A stretch of 64,000 bases of DNA, taken from positions 27,406-91,405 of the forward strand of contig JACRNU010000030.1 of NCBI GenBank assembly GCA_016234805.1. Direction: 5' to 3'. This DNA comes from Elusimicrobiota bacterium. Lineage in GTDB: Bacteria; Elusimicrobiota; Elusimicrobia; UBA1565; UBA9628. Under the pieces are notes generated by a model, which saw only the letters and a list, made by a program, of their open reading frames with translations, made no database searches and was not told the DNA's origin. Shown one piece after another: positions 1 through 9,155 of the stretch (the first letter of the stretch is position 1; every line of letters starts with the position of its first letter). The translations under genes and the position numbers were made by a program.

Positions 1-1363
1 TGCTGCCGGGCTCGAGGCTCTGGACCGGGCTTTCGACCGTTTGAGGGGGGGCTTTGACCCGGAATACGGCGGGTTCGGGGGAGCGCCGAAATTCCCCCAG
101 CCTAGCACTCTTTCGTTCCTCCTCAGGTACAGCCATCGTACGGATGACTCCAGGGGCACGGACATGGTGGTCAAGACCCTGTCTGCCATGGCCGCGGGCG
201 GCATCCACGACCAGCTGGCCGGAGGGTTTGCCCGCTATTCCACGGATGACGCCTGGCTGGTCCCGCACTTCGAGAAGATGCTCTACGACAACAGCCAACT
301 CTTGAGGCTCTATGCCGAGACTCACCAGGCGACCAAGGCGCCTGAGCTGGCTGACACGGCCAGGTTCATCGCGGGGTACCTTCTCAGGGACCTGCGGCTC
401 CCTGGCGGGGCATTCGCTTGCGGGGAGGATGCCGATAGCGAGGGCGTTGAGGGGAAGTTCTATGTCTGGGTTCCGGATGAGATCTCTGCGGTCCTTGGCC
501 GCAAGGATGCGGACATCTTCTGCCGGCTCTATGGCGCGGTGGAGGGCGGCAACTGGCAGCCTCATGAGCAGGGCCTGCCGCAGGACCGCTCCATCCTGCA
601 CCGGGCAAGGAGCTTTGAAGATGTCGCTGAGAAGCTCGGGGTCCCGGTGTCCGAGGTCAGGCGCGTGGAACGGGAAGGCAGGCGCAAGCTCCTTGAGGCG
701 CGGTCCAAGAGGGTCCGGCCGCTCCTGGACGACAAGGTCCTGTCTTCCTGGAACGGGCTTGCCATCAGCGGCCTGGCTTACGCGGGCCGGGCGCTGGATG
801 AGCCTTCATGGATCGAGGCGGCTGAGAAGGCTGCCGGCTTCATCCTTTCCCATCTTTACCGCGACGGAAGGCTTTTGCGGCGCTGGAGGGAGGGGGACAG
901 CAGGTTCCTGGGCAACCTCGAGGATTACGCGTTCCTGGCGGACGGGCTCATCGACCTCTACGAAGCGACTTTCGAGGAGAAATACCTTTCAAAAGCCAGG
1001 GAACTGACCAGGGCCATGGTCGAGCTTTTCAGCGACGACCGGGGCGGGTTCTTTTCCACGGGCGAAGACGAGACCGGGGTGCCGGTGCGGCTGAAGGACA
1101 TGGGAGACGGAGCCCTGCCTTCGGGCAACGCGGTCGCGGCCAGGGTCTTGGTGAGGCTATCCGAGTTCTACCGCGACCCGCAACTGCTGGCCCTGGCTGA
1201 GAAGACGGTCAAAGCGTTCTCGCTTCTGCTCAAGGAGCGGCCGGAGGCCATGCCGTGCATGCTTTCCGTGGTGGATCTTCTGGCGCAGGGCGCGGTGCAG
1301 TGCAGGGGAAAGACCTGCTCAGCGCAGGTTTTTGATCTGCAGGGACACGCCGTAGTCCGCTGA
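1..1363 (+). CDS. Thioredoxin-domain protein of the YyaL/DUF255 family (N-acyl-D-glucosamine 2-epimerase-like C-terminal domain); 5' partial, the frame is open to the window edge.
   Basis: ORF 41..1363 translation contains GGFGGAPKFPQPSTLSFLLRY and SGNAVAARVLVRLSEF, typical of YyaL-type proteins. The same frame has no stop back to nt 2, so the gene starts upstream of the window. Confidence 0.7.
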   Translation, partial: AAGLEALDRAFDRLRGGFDPEYGGFGGAPKFPQPSTLSFLLRYSHRTDDSRGTDMVVKTLSAMAAGGIHDQLAGGFARYSTDDAWLVPHFEKMLYDNSQLLRLYAETHQATKAPELADTARFIAGYLLRDLRLPGGAFACGEDADSEGVEGKFYVWVPDEISAVLGRKDADIFCRLYGAVEGGNWQPHEQGLPQDRSILHRARSFEDVAEKLGVPVSEVRRVEREGRRKLLEARSKRVRPLLDDKVLSSWNGLAISGLAYAGRALDEPSWIEAAEKAAGFILSHLYRDGRLLRRWREGDSRFLGNLEDYAFLADGLIDLYEATFEEKYLSKARELTRAMVELFSDDRGGFFSTGEDETGVPVRLKDMGDGALPSGNAVAARVLVRLSEFYRDPQLLALAEKTVKAFSLLLKERPEAMPCMLSVVDLLAQGAVQCRGKTCSAQVFDLQGHAVVR

Positions 1364-1816
1364 GCGCAGGTGCGCCATCACGGCCTGGAGCTCGTCCTTG
1401 GACTTGCTGGAAACGCGCACCTGGTCGGCCTGGATCGAGGCGTTCACCTTGAACTTGCGGGCCTTGATGTCCGCGACCATCTGCTTGGCCTTCTCGATGG
1501 GGATGCCGGCCTGGATGGCCACTTCCGTGCGCGCGGTCTGGCCGAGGGCTTCCACGACCTCGCCCTGGGTGAAGTTCCTCAGGGGCAGGCCCCTCTTGGC
1601 CATGCGGTTGAAGAGCACTTCCACGGCAGCCTTGGTGCGGTAGTCGTCGACCGCGCGCACCACGATCTTCTTCTCCTTTTCGAGAAGTTCGATGGAGGCC
1701 TTGGCGTCCTTGAAATCGAAGCGGTTGAGGATCTCCTTTAGAGCGATGTGGATGGATTCGTTCACGAGGTTCATGTCCACCTCGCTGACCACGTCGAAGG
1801 AAAAGTCGCTTGCCAT
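1319..1816 (-). CDS. yajQ: YajQ family (UPF0234) nucleotide/c-di-GMP-binding protein.
   Basis: MASDFSFDVVSEVDMNLVNESIH...KNLR matches the YajQ N-terminus and length (~165 aa). Start moved to the internal ATG at 1816; the ORF track start at 1855 adds 13 unlikely residues. Confidence 0.8.
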   Translation of the reverse strand: MASDFSFDVVSEVDMNLVNESIHIALKEILNRFDFKDAKASIELLEKEKKIVVRAVDDYRTKAAVEVLFNRMAKRGLPLRNFTQGEVVEALGQTARTEVAIQAGIPIEKAKQMVADIKARKFKVNASIQADQVRVSSKSKDELQAVMAHLRSADYGVSLQIKNLR

Positions 1817-1866
1817 GACGCCTCCTTTTCGGACAAGTTTCCCGCCGACAGGCATCCTACCAAATA

Positions 1867-3810
1867 ATGGTAGAATCGCACCGCATGACGCAGCACGGCC
1901 AGGCCCATCCGCACGGCAAACACCACGGGGCGCACCATGCCGCGCCTCATTCCAGGCATCAGCCGGCCCACCCCCATGAGAGCCCGCTCCATCGCCAGGC
2001 TGGGGCGAGCCTCTTCGTCTTCCTTTTCGTGGGGGTCCTGGCCTGGCAGGGAGTGCGGGAGCCCGGGACCTGGATCCACATCCAGACCGGGAACAAGATC
2101 GTCGCCGACAGGGTCCTGCCCAAGGCTGATTCGTTCTCCTACTCTTCCGCGGGCAAGGAGTGGACCACGGACTCGTGGCTGGGGGATGTCCTGTTCAGCC
2201 GGGTGCACGCCGCGCACCCCTTCCAAGGACTGAGGTTCCTCAAGACCTTGGCTGCGGCGGCCGCGTTCGCGCTCCTGCTCCCCATCAACCACGGCCACCC
2301 GCTCATGGCCGCGGCTGTCCTGTGCCTGGGCGCCGCGGCGTCCTGGCCGCGGTTGACGGAACTGCCGGGCATCTTCGATTTGTTGATGCTGGCCGGGTTC
2401 CTCAGGCTCCTGCGGGGAAGGGTACGCTTCTCCTGGACCATGTCCCGGGTGGCCTGGATCGAGGTCCTCTGGGCCAACCTGAGCGGGCCTGTTGCCCTGG
2501 TCGGGATCTGGCTGGTGTCCTTGAAGACCATCAAGGCCGCGGGCAGGACGGACCACAAGGACCTGCTCAAGTATCTCGCGGTCCTGGGCCTGACCTGCGC
2601 CGGATTTTTGGCCAACCCGCACGGCTGGAACCTCATCCCCTACCTCTCCCATGGCGCTGTAAGGCCTGAGCCGTACTGGCAGATGGGCCTCGGCTTCAAC
2701 TTCTTCACCGCGTTCGTGGCAGCCGGGGCGTGGGCAGCGTGGATCTGTCTTCAGACGGAGTTCTTCCTCAGCCTGACGACCGCGTCGCTCCTGGGCATGT
2801 CCCTGCTCTTCCCGGGCCTGCGGGCCCTCGCGGTCCTGGCTTGCTGCCCCACGATCTCCCTGGCCCTGGGCCACTACGTCTCCAGGCGCGACGCGTCCCT
2901 CTCTAGAGCCGTGCGCTGGGCCGTGGTCCCGGCCCTGCTGGTCGGGTGGCACTGGCGCTTCGTGCACCTGCCTTACGCGCACGTCGTGGGCTACGCGTCC
3001 TTCGACGTCGACGGCGCGGCGCAGTACCTCGACGCCCAGGGCATCCGGGGAAAGATGTTCAACGACCTGTCCGTGGGCGACTACCTGGTCGGCGCGGGCC
3101 GGCCCGTTTTCGTTGATTCGCGCAAAGGGCTCTACGACGAGGACACCCTCAGGGACGCGGCTGAGTGGCCTGCCAGGTGGAAGTCCCTGATGGACAAGGT
3201 GTACCGCTTCGATTACTCGGTCCTGCGCAACAGCAGGGCGGCGTACCCGGCCCGGGTCCTGGACGAGGACCAGGATTGGAGGCTGGTGTACGCGGATGAC
3301 AACGCCCTCATCTACCTCAGGCGGTCCGGGGCCAATGCCTGGCTGGTGGAGAGCGGGGCCAAGCCCCTGCTTCAGCCCAACAGGCTCTGGCCGGATTCCC
3401 TGGACGGTCTCCTCAAGAACCCCAAGCAGGTGCCGAAGGTCCTCGACGAGCTCGACCGCTGGATCGTCCAGTGCCCGGACTCCGTGCAGGCCCTGCTCTG
3501 GAAGGCCTATGCCCTGGACCGGCTCAATCTCAGGGAGAAGGCTGACCGCATCCTGGCCCTGGCCCGGGGCCGCGGCCGGCTGGGCCGCGACGCGGAGCTC
3601 TCGGCCTTGGCCGGGTTCGTGCTGGAGGCTCGCAAGCAGAAAGGCAGCGCCTACGACGCCTACTGGCGCTCGGTGCGGCTGGCCCGCGGGTTCCGGGACC
3701 GGGTGCTCGAGGCCGCGGTCCTGCGCAGGCTCGCCGGCCTGCACCGGGAATGGGACCATGCCACGCTCGCTTCCGAGCTCGAGGCCAGGGCGAGTTCCCT
3801 TGAAAATTAG
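1867..3810 (+). CDS. Hypothetical polytopic membrane protein with a His-rich N-terminus and a soluble C-terminal alpha-helical domain.
   Basis: 647-aa ORF with multiple hydrophobic segments (LLPINHGHPLMAAAVLCLGAAASW, LAVLGLTCAGFLANPHGW, etc.), then a hydrophilic Arg/Leu-rich C-terminal region. The N-terminus is His-rich (HGQAHPHGKHHGAHHAAPHSRHQPAHPH). The start is uncertain. Confidence 0.5.
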   Translation: MVESHRMTQHGQAHPHGKHHGAHHAAPHSRHQPAHPHESPLHRQAGASLFVFLFVGVLAWQGVREPGTWIHIQTGNKIVADRVLPKADSFSYSSAGKEWTTDSWLGDVLFSRVHAAHPFQGLRFLKTLAAAAAFALLLPINHGHPLMAAAVLCLGAAASWPRLTELPGIFDLLMLAGFLRLLRGRVRFSWTMSRVAWIEVLWANLSGPVALVGIWLVSLKTIKAAGRTDHKDLLKYLAVLGLTCAGFLANPHGWNLIPYLSHGAVRPEPYWQMGLGFNFFTAFVAAGAWAAWICLQTEFFLSLTTASLLGMSLLFPGLRALAVLACCPTISLALGHYVSRRDASLSRAVRWAVVPALLVGWHWRFVHLPYAHVVGYASFDVDGAAQYLDAQGIRGKMFNDLSVGDYLVGAGRPVFVDSRKGLYDEDTLRDAAEWPARWKSLMDKVYRFDYSVLRNSRAAYPARVLDEDQDWRLVYADDNALIYLRRSGANAWLVESGAKPLLQPNRLWPDSLDGLLKNPKQVPKVLDELDRWIVQCPDSVQALLWKAYALDRLNLREKADRILALARGRGRLGRDAELSALAGFVLEARKQKGSAYDAYWRSVRLARGFRDRVLEAAVLRRLAGLHREWDHATLASELEARASSLEN

Positions 3811-3876
3811 CGGGTGTCACGCCTGCCACTCGGACTGGACAGGAACGGCACATGCCTGTTATACTCTGACAACGCC

Positions 3877-4584
3877 ATGAATAAACGCGCGATCCTGTGG
3901 GCTCCGCTGTTGGCAGCCTGCGGCGTGGCGGCCGGCTGCATCTTCCCGGATTACCACAAGTTCACCTCACCCTTCGGTGATTTCACCTGCGAGGTGCCCT
4001 ACGGCTGGAGCGTCAAGACCGACCGGGAGGACGACCACTTCACGAACGTGACCTTCATCGGCGGCTTTGACACGGAATTCTACCTGGGGGCTCCGAGCAT
4101 CAGCATCCGGTGGCATGCCTCAAACCGCATCCACAAGCTTCCCAACGGCCTGCTGGAGATGTATTCGGACGTGGACGACTACACCCGGCAGATGCTCCGC
4201 TCGGTCTATGGCCCCACGGAGAACAAGGACTACTTCCTCGGCGCGGCCAAGGAGAAGCAGGAAGACAGCATCCACGTCATCAACCTCAAGGCTGCCAAGA
4301 TCCCGGCCAAATACTTCGTGGTGACCTCTCCTATCGAGGTGCCGGCCGGCTGGACCTGGGGGGTCTCGGTGGACAAGAAGACCAAGGGCAAGAGCACCCT
4401 CATCCGCAAGCACGCCTACGTCCTTGTCCCGATGAAAGACGGGTTCTATGTCATCGTCTACCCTGCCACCCTGGACGGGTACGAGAAGTACGAAAAGCAG
4501 TTCCGGGTGCTTCTGGGGACCTTCAAACCGCTGACCGAGGGCCTGGGCGGCCCTGCGTTCGAGGTTCCCAAGAGCGCCCGGTGA
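3877..4584 (+). CDS. Hypothetical lipoprotein.
   Basis: MNKRAILWAPLLAACGVAAGC is a signal peptide with a lipobox Cys. Start placed at the ATG at 3877, inside track ORF 3814..4584. Confidence 0.5.
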   Translation: MNKRAILWAPLLAACGVAAGCIFPDYHKFTSPFGDFTCEVPYGWSVKTDREDDHFTNVTFIGGFDTEFYLGAPSISIRWHASNRIHKLPNGLLEMYSDVDDYTRQMLRSVYGPTENKDYFLGAAKEKQEDSIHVINLKAAKIPAKYFVVTSPIEVPAGWTWGVSVDKKTKGKSTLIRKHAYVLVPMKDGFYVIVYPATLDGYEKYEKQFRVLLGTFKPLTEGLGGPAFEVPKSAR

Positions 4585-5462
4585 GCCGGGACCCGGCTCC
4601 TCCCGCGTCCGGCCAGGCCCCGGTCAACGCCGTTCTTTACGACGAGCGCTACTTCGAGGAGGACTGCGGAGGCGCGGAGTTCTACCGGGTCTTCGGCCCC
4701 AAGATCCTCAAGCCCGCCCTGAGCTATTCGTTCCGCAGGGCCGGGGTCAAGCCGGACATGGCCGTGCTCGACATCGGGTGCGGCAGGGGAGAAGTCCTCT
4801 ATCATGTGCGGCTGGCCGGGGCCTTTGGGGTGGGAACGGATTTCTCCCCTGCTGCCCTGGGTTTGGCGCGGTCCTCCTCGGGCTGTCCAGTGGCCAGATG
4901 CGATGCCAAGGCCCTGCCTTTCGCGGACGCTTCCTTCGACCGGGTTTTCCTCATGGGCATCTTGGACCACCTGCACCCGTGGGAGCTTTCCGAGTGCTTC
5001 AAGGAGATAGGCCGCGTGCTGAACGGGGAGGGCTTTGCGGTCATCCACACGTGCACGAACCGGCACTACTACAAGAATTGGACCTACGGATTCCGCCGCT
5101 TCGCGGCCAAGGTCATGCGGGCCGTGCGCCTGCCTGTGCGCGACCCCAAGGCGCCCCGTTCCGAGAGCGACATGGCGCTCCACGTCAACGAGCACTCGGC
5201 GTCCCAGCTCAGGCGCTTCTTCCGGAGCATCGGATGGGATGCTATTGTCGAGCCCAGGCCGAATTACAAGCTCGCGCTCGATGAGACCTATGGCAACCCT
5301 CTTCCAGAAGGCTTGCCCATCAGTCCGGCGCCTTCATGGAAAGCCGGTATCCATAAGGCTTTTTTCAGGTGGCCCCTGACATGCGTCCTGGCCAGGGAGC
5401 TGTTTGCTGTGGCCAAGCCGGCCAAGAACGGCTCCCCGCTGCTGTTCGGCTCTGGCCCTTGA
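4581..5462 (+). CDS. Class I SAM-dependent methyltransferase.
   Basis: VLDIGCGRGEVL (motif I), FDRVFLMGILDHL and GRVLNGEGFAVI are methyltransferase-fold motifs. Start assigned to a GTG overlapping the upstream stop (GTGA), because the N-terminal 157 codons of track ORF 4110..5462 overlap the lipoprotein gene. Confidence 0.65.
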   Translation: MSRDPAPPASGQAPVNAVLYDERYFEEDCGGAEFYRVFGPKILKPALSYSFRRAGVKPDMAVLDIGCGRGEVLYHVRLAGAFGVGTDFSPAALGLARSSSGCPVARCDAKALPFADASFDRVFLMGILDHLHPWELSECFKEIGRVLNGEGFAVIHTCTNRHYYKNWTYGFRRFAAKVMRAVRLPVRDPKAPRSESDMALHVNEHSASQLRRFFRSIGWDAIVEPRPNYKLALDETYGNPLPEGLPISPAPSWKAGIHKAFFRWPLTCVLARELFAVAKPAKNGSPLLFGSGP

Positions 5463-5500
5463 GCGAAACCTCTGTTACACTATTAGAAAGGCCGCGAGCC

Positions 5501-6103
5501 ATGACCGCTGACGTCCTTGTCTTGAACCGGAGCTACTTCGCCATCTCGGTGACGAGCTGGCAGAGGGCCATCATGCTGCTCTACGCGGACCGCGCAGCCG
5601 CCCTCGATGCGGAGTACCGGTCCTACAACTTCAGGGACTGGCTGGACCTGTCCCTTGCCATCGCGGAAAGCCCCTCCGGTTTCGTCCACGCCCCGGCCTT
5701 CAGGATCGCCATCCCGGAGGTCATCGTCCTGACCGCCTTCGACAAGGTGCCCAAGCGCGAGGTGCCCTTCACCCGGCGCAACCTCTACCATCACTACGGG
5801 TACCGCTGCTGCTACTGCGGCAAGCGCTTCCCATCCTCGGAATTGAACCTCGACCACATCATCCCCAAGTCCCGCGGCGGAAAGAACGAGTGGCTCAACA
5901 CGGTCACCTCGTGCATCCCCTGCAACCTGCGCAAGGGCGCGCGCCTACCCGAGGAGGCCGGCATGCGCCTGAAGGTCCAGCCTTCCAAGCCCCAGCCTGA
6001 TTCGGGCGTGGTGTTCATCCTGCGCTCGCCCATCGCCATCCGGCGCTCCTGGCAGAAGTTCATCGACAGCGTTTATTGGAACACGCCTCTGGAAGAGGAG
6101 TGA
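5501..6103 (+). CDS. HNH endonuclease.
   Basis: YGYRCCYCGKRFPSSELNLDHIIPKSRGGKNEWLNTVTSCIPCNLRKG is the HNH motif with a Cys4 zinc site. ATG at 5501 is preceded by the AGAAAGG Shine-Dalgarno-like element at 5486-5492. Confidence 0.8.
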   Translation: MTADVLVLNRSYFAISVTSWQRAIMLLYADRAAALDAEYRSYNFRDWLDLSLAIAESPSGFVHAPAFRIAIPEVIVLTAFDKVPKREVPFTRRNLYHHYGYRCCYCGKRFPSSELNLDHIIPKSRGGKNEWLNTVTSCIPCNLRKGARLPEEAGMRLKVQPSKPQPDSGVVFILRSPIAIRRSWQKFIDSVYWNTPLEEE

Positions 6104-6140
6104 CCGCGGTTGCGGCCTGCCCCCGCGGGGCGGGCGCGAA

Positions 6141-6509
6141 TCAGCGGTCGGCCCGAGGCTCGTCCCAGATCCTCGAGTTCGGAATCCCGGTGGTGCGTTC
6201 AGCGATGATGTCCGTGGGACGCTTTAGGGGAACCGGCAGGACCGCGAGGTCGCAGTAGAGCGCGGCAAAGACGCGACGCAGGGTGCCGACCTTCGGATCC
6301 ACGCGGCCCTTCTCGATGAGGTTGACGTGAGCCGGGACGATCCCTGCCCTCCTGGCCAGCTGGGCTTGCGTCATGTGCAGGGTGGCGCGCATGGTCCGTA
6401 CCCACTCGCCGGGCGTGAGCCTTGTCGCCGCGTAGGGGATGTTGGCGGTCATCAACAGCCTGCCTACAGCCCTCTTGTGGGACAAGGTGAGGCGGGTCAG
6501 TTTCGGCAT
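6141..6509 (-). CDS. XRE-family helix-turn-helix transcriptional regulator.
   Basis: MTQAQLARRAGIVPAHVNLIEKGR is an HTH_3 signature. Confidence 0.7.
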   Translation of the reverse strand: MPKLTRLTLSHKRAVGRLLMTANIPYAATRLTPGEWVRTMRATLHMTQAQLARRAGIVPAHVNLIEKGRVDPKVGTLRRVFAALYCDLAVLPVPLKRPTDIIAERTTGIPNSRIWDEPRADR

Positions 6510-6510
6510 C

Positions 6511-6550
6511 CCTGTGTTTATAGCATAATAGATTATGCTATAGGCACAGG
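6511..6550. promoter_or_regulatory. 40-bp imperfect palindrome immediately upstream of the XRE regulator start; candidate operator.
   Basis: cctgtgtt TATAGCATAAT ag ATTATGCTATA ggcacagg: the outer arms CCTGTG/CACAGG and the inner 11-bp arms are exact reverse complements. Lies 2 bp upstream of the regulator ATG on the minus strand. Confidence 0.4.
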
Positions 6551-6640
6551 GGTCTCAGGGGGCAGTCTTGATTTCTCGAGCAGCGGGTATTGGGAAGATG
6601 AGGGATAGCCCTTTCTAGGATCCTGCCCGAAGGGAAAGGA

Positions 6641-6674
6641 AAGGTCCGCCTCCCTGGGATAAGAGGCGGACCTT
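6641..6674. other. Stable hairpin (12-bp stem, 10-nt loop) in a ~390-bp non-coding region.
   Basis: AAGGTCCGCCTC cctgggataa GAGGCGGACCTT. It is not followed by a U-run, so it is not a canonical intrinsic terminator. Confidence 0.3.
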
Positions 6675-6978
6675 CCAACCAGAGCGGTCAGAGGGGCGAT
6701 CTCCAACCGCGGGCGCACCATCCGGGATCCCAACCTCCGGAACGCTGCGGTTTGCACCGCGTGAGGCTGGGTAGGAGGATGACTGCTGCCGTAGTAATAG
6801 CTTAACCGGAAGGGCTGGGGATTTGCTGGGCTGAACGGGGAAGTTTTCAGCGGCCCAAAGGGCCTGGCTGGAATAGGTCCAAGGACCTATACCCATGGGG
6901 CGCCCAGGGGCTGCCGGGCGCGGAGGACCGGGCGCGGGATTCGGTCGCGCCTGCGCGTTGTTATTGTACAATGGCGAC

Positions 6979-7809
6979 ATGGCCGTGGCCCACCGTGAGG
7001 GAGCGCTTTGGTGGAGGCTCCATTTTGAGGACAATCCTCTCTGCCGCACGGACGCGCAGATCAGCGCGCGCATCGACGGGGTGGAGCGCTACCTCGGCCT
7101 GGAGCACCGCTCGAGGGTCATCGACCTGGGCTGCGGTTCGGGCCGGCCCACTCTCGAGCTTTCGCGCCGGGGACACCGGGTCCTGGGCATGGATCCGGTC
7201 GAGGAGCCCCTGACCTCGGCCCGGGCCGCCGCCCGCGAGGAGAAGCTCAACGCGCACTTCGTGGTCTCGGACATCCGGCAGATCTCCTACCGGGGGGAGT
7301 TCGACGCCGCGGTGAGCCTGTTCTCGTCCTTCGGCCGGTTCCCGCTCGAGCGCGACGACGTCCGGACCCTGGAGTCCGTGCACAAGAGCCTCAAGACAGG
7401 CGGCAAGCTGCTCCTCGACCTCGTCAACCGGGAGTGGCTGGTGCGGCACGTGGAGCCGGAGATCTGGGATCAGGCCGAGGAGTCCGCGGACGGGGTCACG
7501 ATCCAGGATCAGATCTCCTTCGACCTCGAGTCCGGCAGGCTCGACAACCTGCGCAGCACCCTGGACAAGGACGGCAACCGCACGCCCTCCTTCATGAGCG
7601 TGCGGGTCTACACGCTCACGGAGATCAAGAAGCTCGTCGCGGCCGCGGGGCTGGTGTTCCGTCGCGCGTGGGGAGCCTTCGACGGCTCGGCCTACGGCCT
7701 GGACAGCTACCGCATGATCGTCATGGCCGAGAAGCCGGTCACGGAGACCGCGCCCCGCAAGGAGGAGGCTGCCTCCATGACCATCAGGATCAAGGGGCGC
7801 AGAAGGTGA
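6979..7809 (+). CDS. Class I SAM-dependent methyltransferase.
   Basis: VIDLGCGSGRPTLEL (motif I), DAAVSLFSSFG and GGKLLLDLVN. Start is the ATG at 6979 within track ORF 6895..7809. Confidence 0.7.
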   Translation: MAVAHREGALWWRLHFEDNPLCRTDAQISARIDGVERYLGLEHRSRVIDLGCGSGRPTLELSRRGHRVLGMDPVEEPLTSARAAAREEKLNAHFVVSDIRQISYRGEFDAAVSLFSSFGRFPLERDDVRTLESVHKSLKTGGKLLLDLVNREWLVRHVEPEIWDQAEESADGVTIQDQISFDLESGRLDNLRSTLDKDGNRTPSFMSVRVYTLTEIKKLVAAAGLVFRRAWGAFDGSAYGLDSYRMIVMAEKPVTETAPRKEEAASMTIRIKGRRR

Positions 7810-9155
7810 GGGCTTTTCCCGGACGCGTCGCTGCGGCCTGCCTTGCCCTGGCGGCCGGTGTCGTTTCCAGCTCCTTGGCGGCCGAATCCGTGGTCTTGGC
7901 CAACGGGCTCAAGGTGGTGGTGTCCCGCGACTCGTCAGCGCCCGTGGTCGCGGTGGTCATGGGGTTCAATGCCGGGAGCAGGAACGAGACCAGGGACAGG
8001 GCGGGGTTCGCGCACCTCTTCGAGAAGCTCATGTTCGAGGGCTCCAAGCACGCCCGCAAGGGCGAGTACGACCGCATCCTCGAGTCCTACGGGGGGGACA
8101 ACAACGCTTTCGCGCGCGGGGACTTCACCCTCTTCCACGAGGTCCTTCCGGCCAAGGCCCTGCCCGTGGCGCTCTGGCTCGACGCGGACCGCCTGGCGGA
8201 CCTGGACCTGCGCAAGGACTCGGTGCGCGGCCAGGTCGAGGTGGCCATGGAGGAGCGGCGCATGCGTGTGGACAACGCCCCGTACGGCCGGCTTCTCCAC
8301 GTGGAGATCGCCTCCCACGCCTTCTCGAACTGGCAGAACAGCCATCCCATCATCGCCGACGAGGCGGACTACGATGCCGCGACCCACAAGGCGGCGGAGA
8401 AGTATTATTCGGACTACTACTCCCCGGCCAACGCGGTGCTGGCCATCGTGGGCGACGTGGAGCCTCAGGCCGCCCTGGACCTGGCCAGGCAGTATTTCGA
8501 GTGGATCCCGAACCAGGGGACCGTGCCCAGGATCGATGTCTCCGAGCCTGAACCGGGCCCGTCGCGCTGGGTGAAGCTGTCCGATAGCCATGCCAGGCTG
8601 CCTGCTTTCGCGGTGTCCTGGAAGGGGATGCCCGGGCGCGGGACCCGCGAAGCCGCGGCCCTGACCCTGGTGGGACGGGCCCTGTTCCAGGGCAAGAGCT
8701 CCAGGCTCTATCAAGAACTGGTCAAGGCTAGCCAGGCCTCGGTGAGCGTGGCCGGAGGCCTGGGCTTTCCCCTCGTGGAGGACCCTTTCCAGTACAATGC
8801 TCCGGGCGCGTTCGGGGGCTGGACCGTGCACAAGGCCGGGTTCACGGCCGAGCAGGTCAAAGACCTCGTGATGAAGCAGGTCGCGAAAGTCGCGGCCTCC
8901 GGCCTTGACGCGGCGGAGCTGGTCCGGCTCAAGACGGTCCTGCGCTCGGAGTGGATCAAGGGCCGCGAGACCTGCCTGGGCAGGGCCCAGGCCCTGGTGA
9001 CCGCTGCCCTGCTAGACGGCGACCCGGCCTCGGCTGACGCTGAGCTCAGCCGCTTCATGGCTGTGACGCCGGCGGACACCAAAGCCGCGGCCCAGCGCTA
9101 TCTGCGGCCTGAGATCGCGCTCTTCTTCTCCGTGGGCCCTGGAGGCGGCAAATGA
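7806..9155 (+). CDS. M16 (pitrilysin/insulinase) family peptidase homolog with a degenerate zinc motif (HLFEK).
   Basis: The signal peptide (VRAFPGRVAAACLALAAGVVSSSLAAES) is followed by GFAHLFEKLMFEGSKH, where the canonical HxxEH appears as HxxEK. Peptidase_M16 and M16_C-like regions follow (YYSPANAVLAIVGDV). GTG start overlaps the upstream stop. Confidence 0.75.
   Translation: MRAFPGRVAAACLALAAGVVSSSLAAESVVLANGLKVVVSRDSSAPVVAVVMGFNAGSRNETRDRAGFAHLFEKLMFEGSKHARKGEYDRILESYGGDNNAFARGDFTLFHEVLPAKALPVALWLDADRLADLDLRKDSVRGQVEVAMEERRMRVDNAPYGRLLHVEIASHAFSNWQNSHPIIADEADYDAATHKAAEKYYSDYYSPANAVLAIVGDVEPQAALDLARQYFEWIPNQGTVPRIDVSEPEPGPSRWVKLSDSHARLPAFAVSWKGMPGRGTREAAALTLVGRALFQGKSSRLYQELVKASQASVSVAGGLGFPLVEDPFQYNAPGAFGGWTVHKAGFTAEQVKDLVMKQVAKVAASGLDAAELVRLKTVLRSEWIKGRETCLGRAQALVTAALLDGDPASADAELSRFMAVTPADTKAAAQRYLRPEIALFFSVGPGGGK

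Noticed and set aside
1771-3759. 662-aa minus-strand ORF opposite the membrane protein gene.
   Set aside because: It is an antisense shadow ORF typical of high-GC DNA: a Pro/Arg/Gly-rich translation with no domains, fully overlapping a plus-strand ORF that has clear TM helices.
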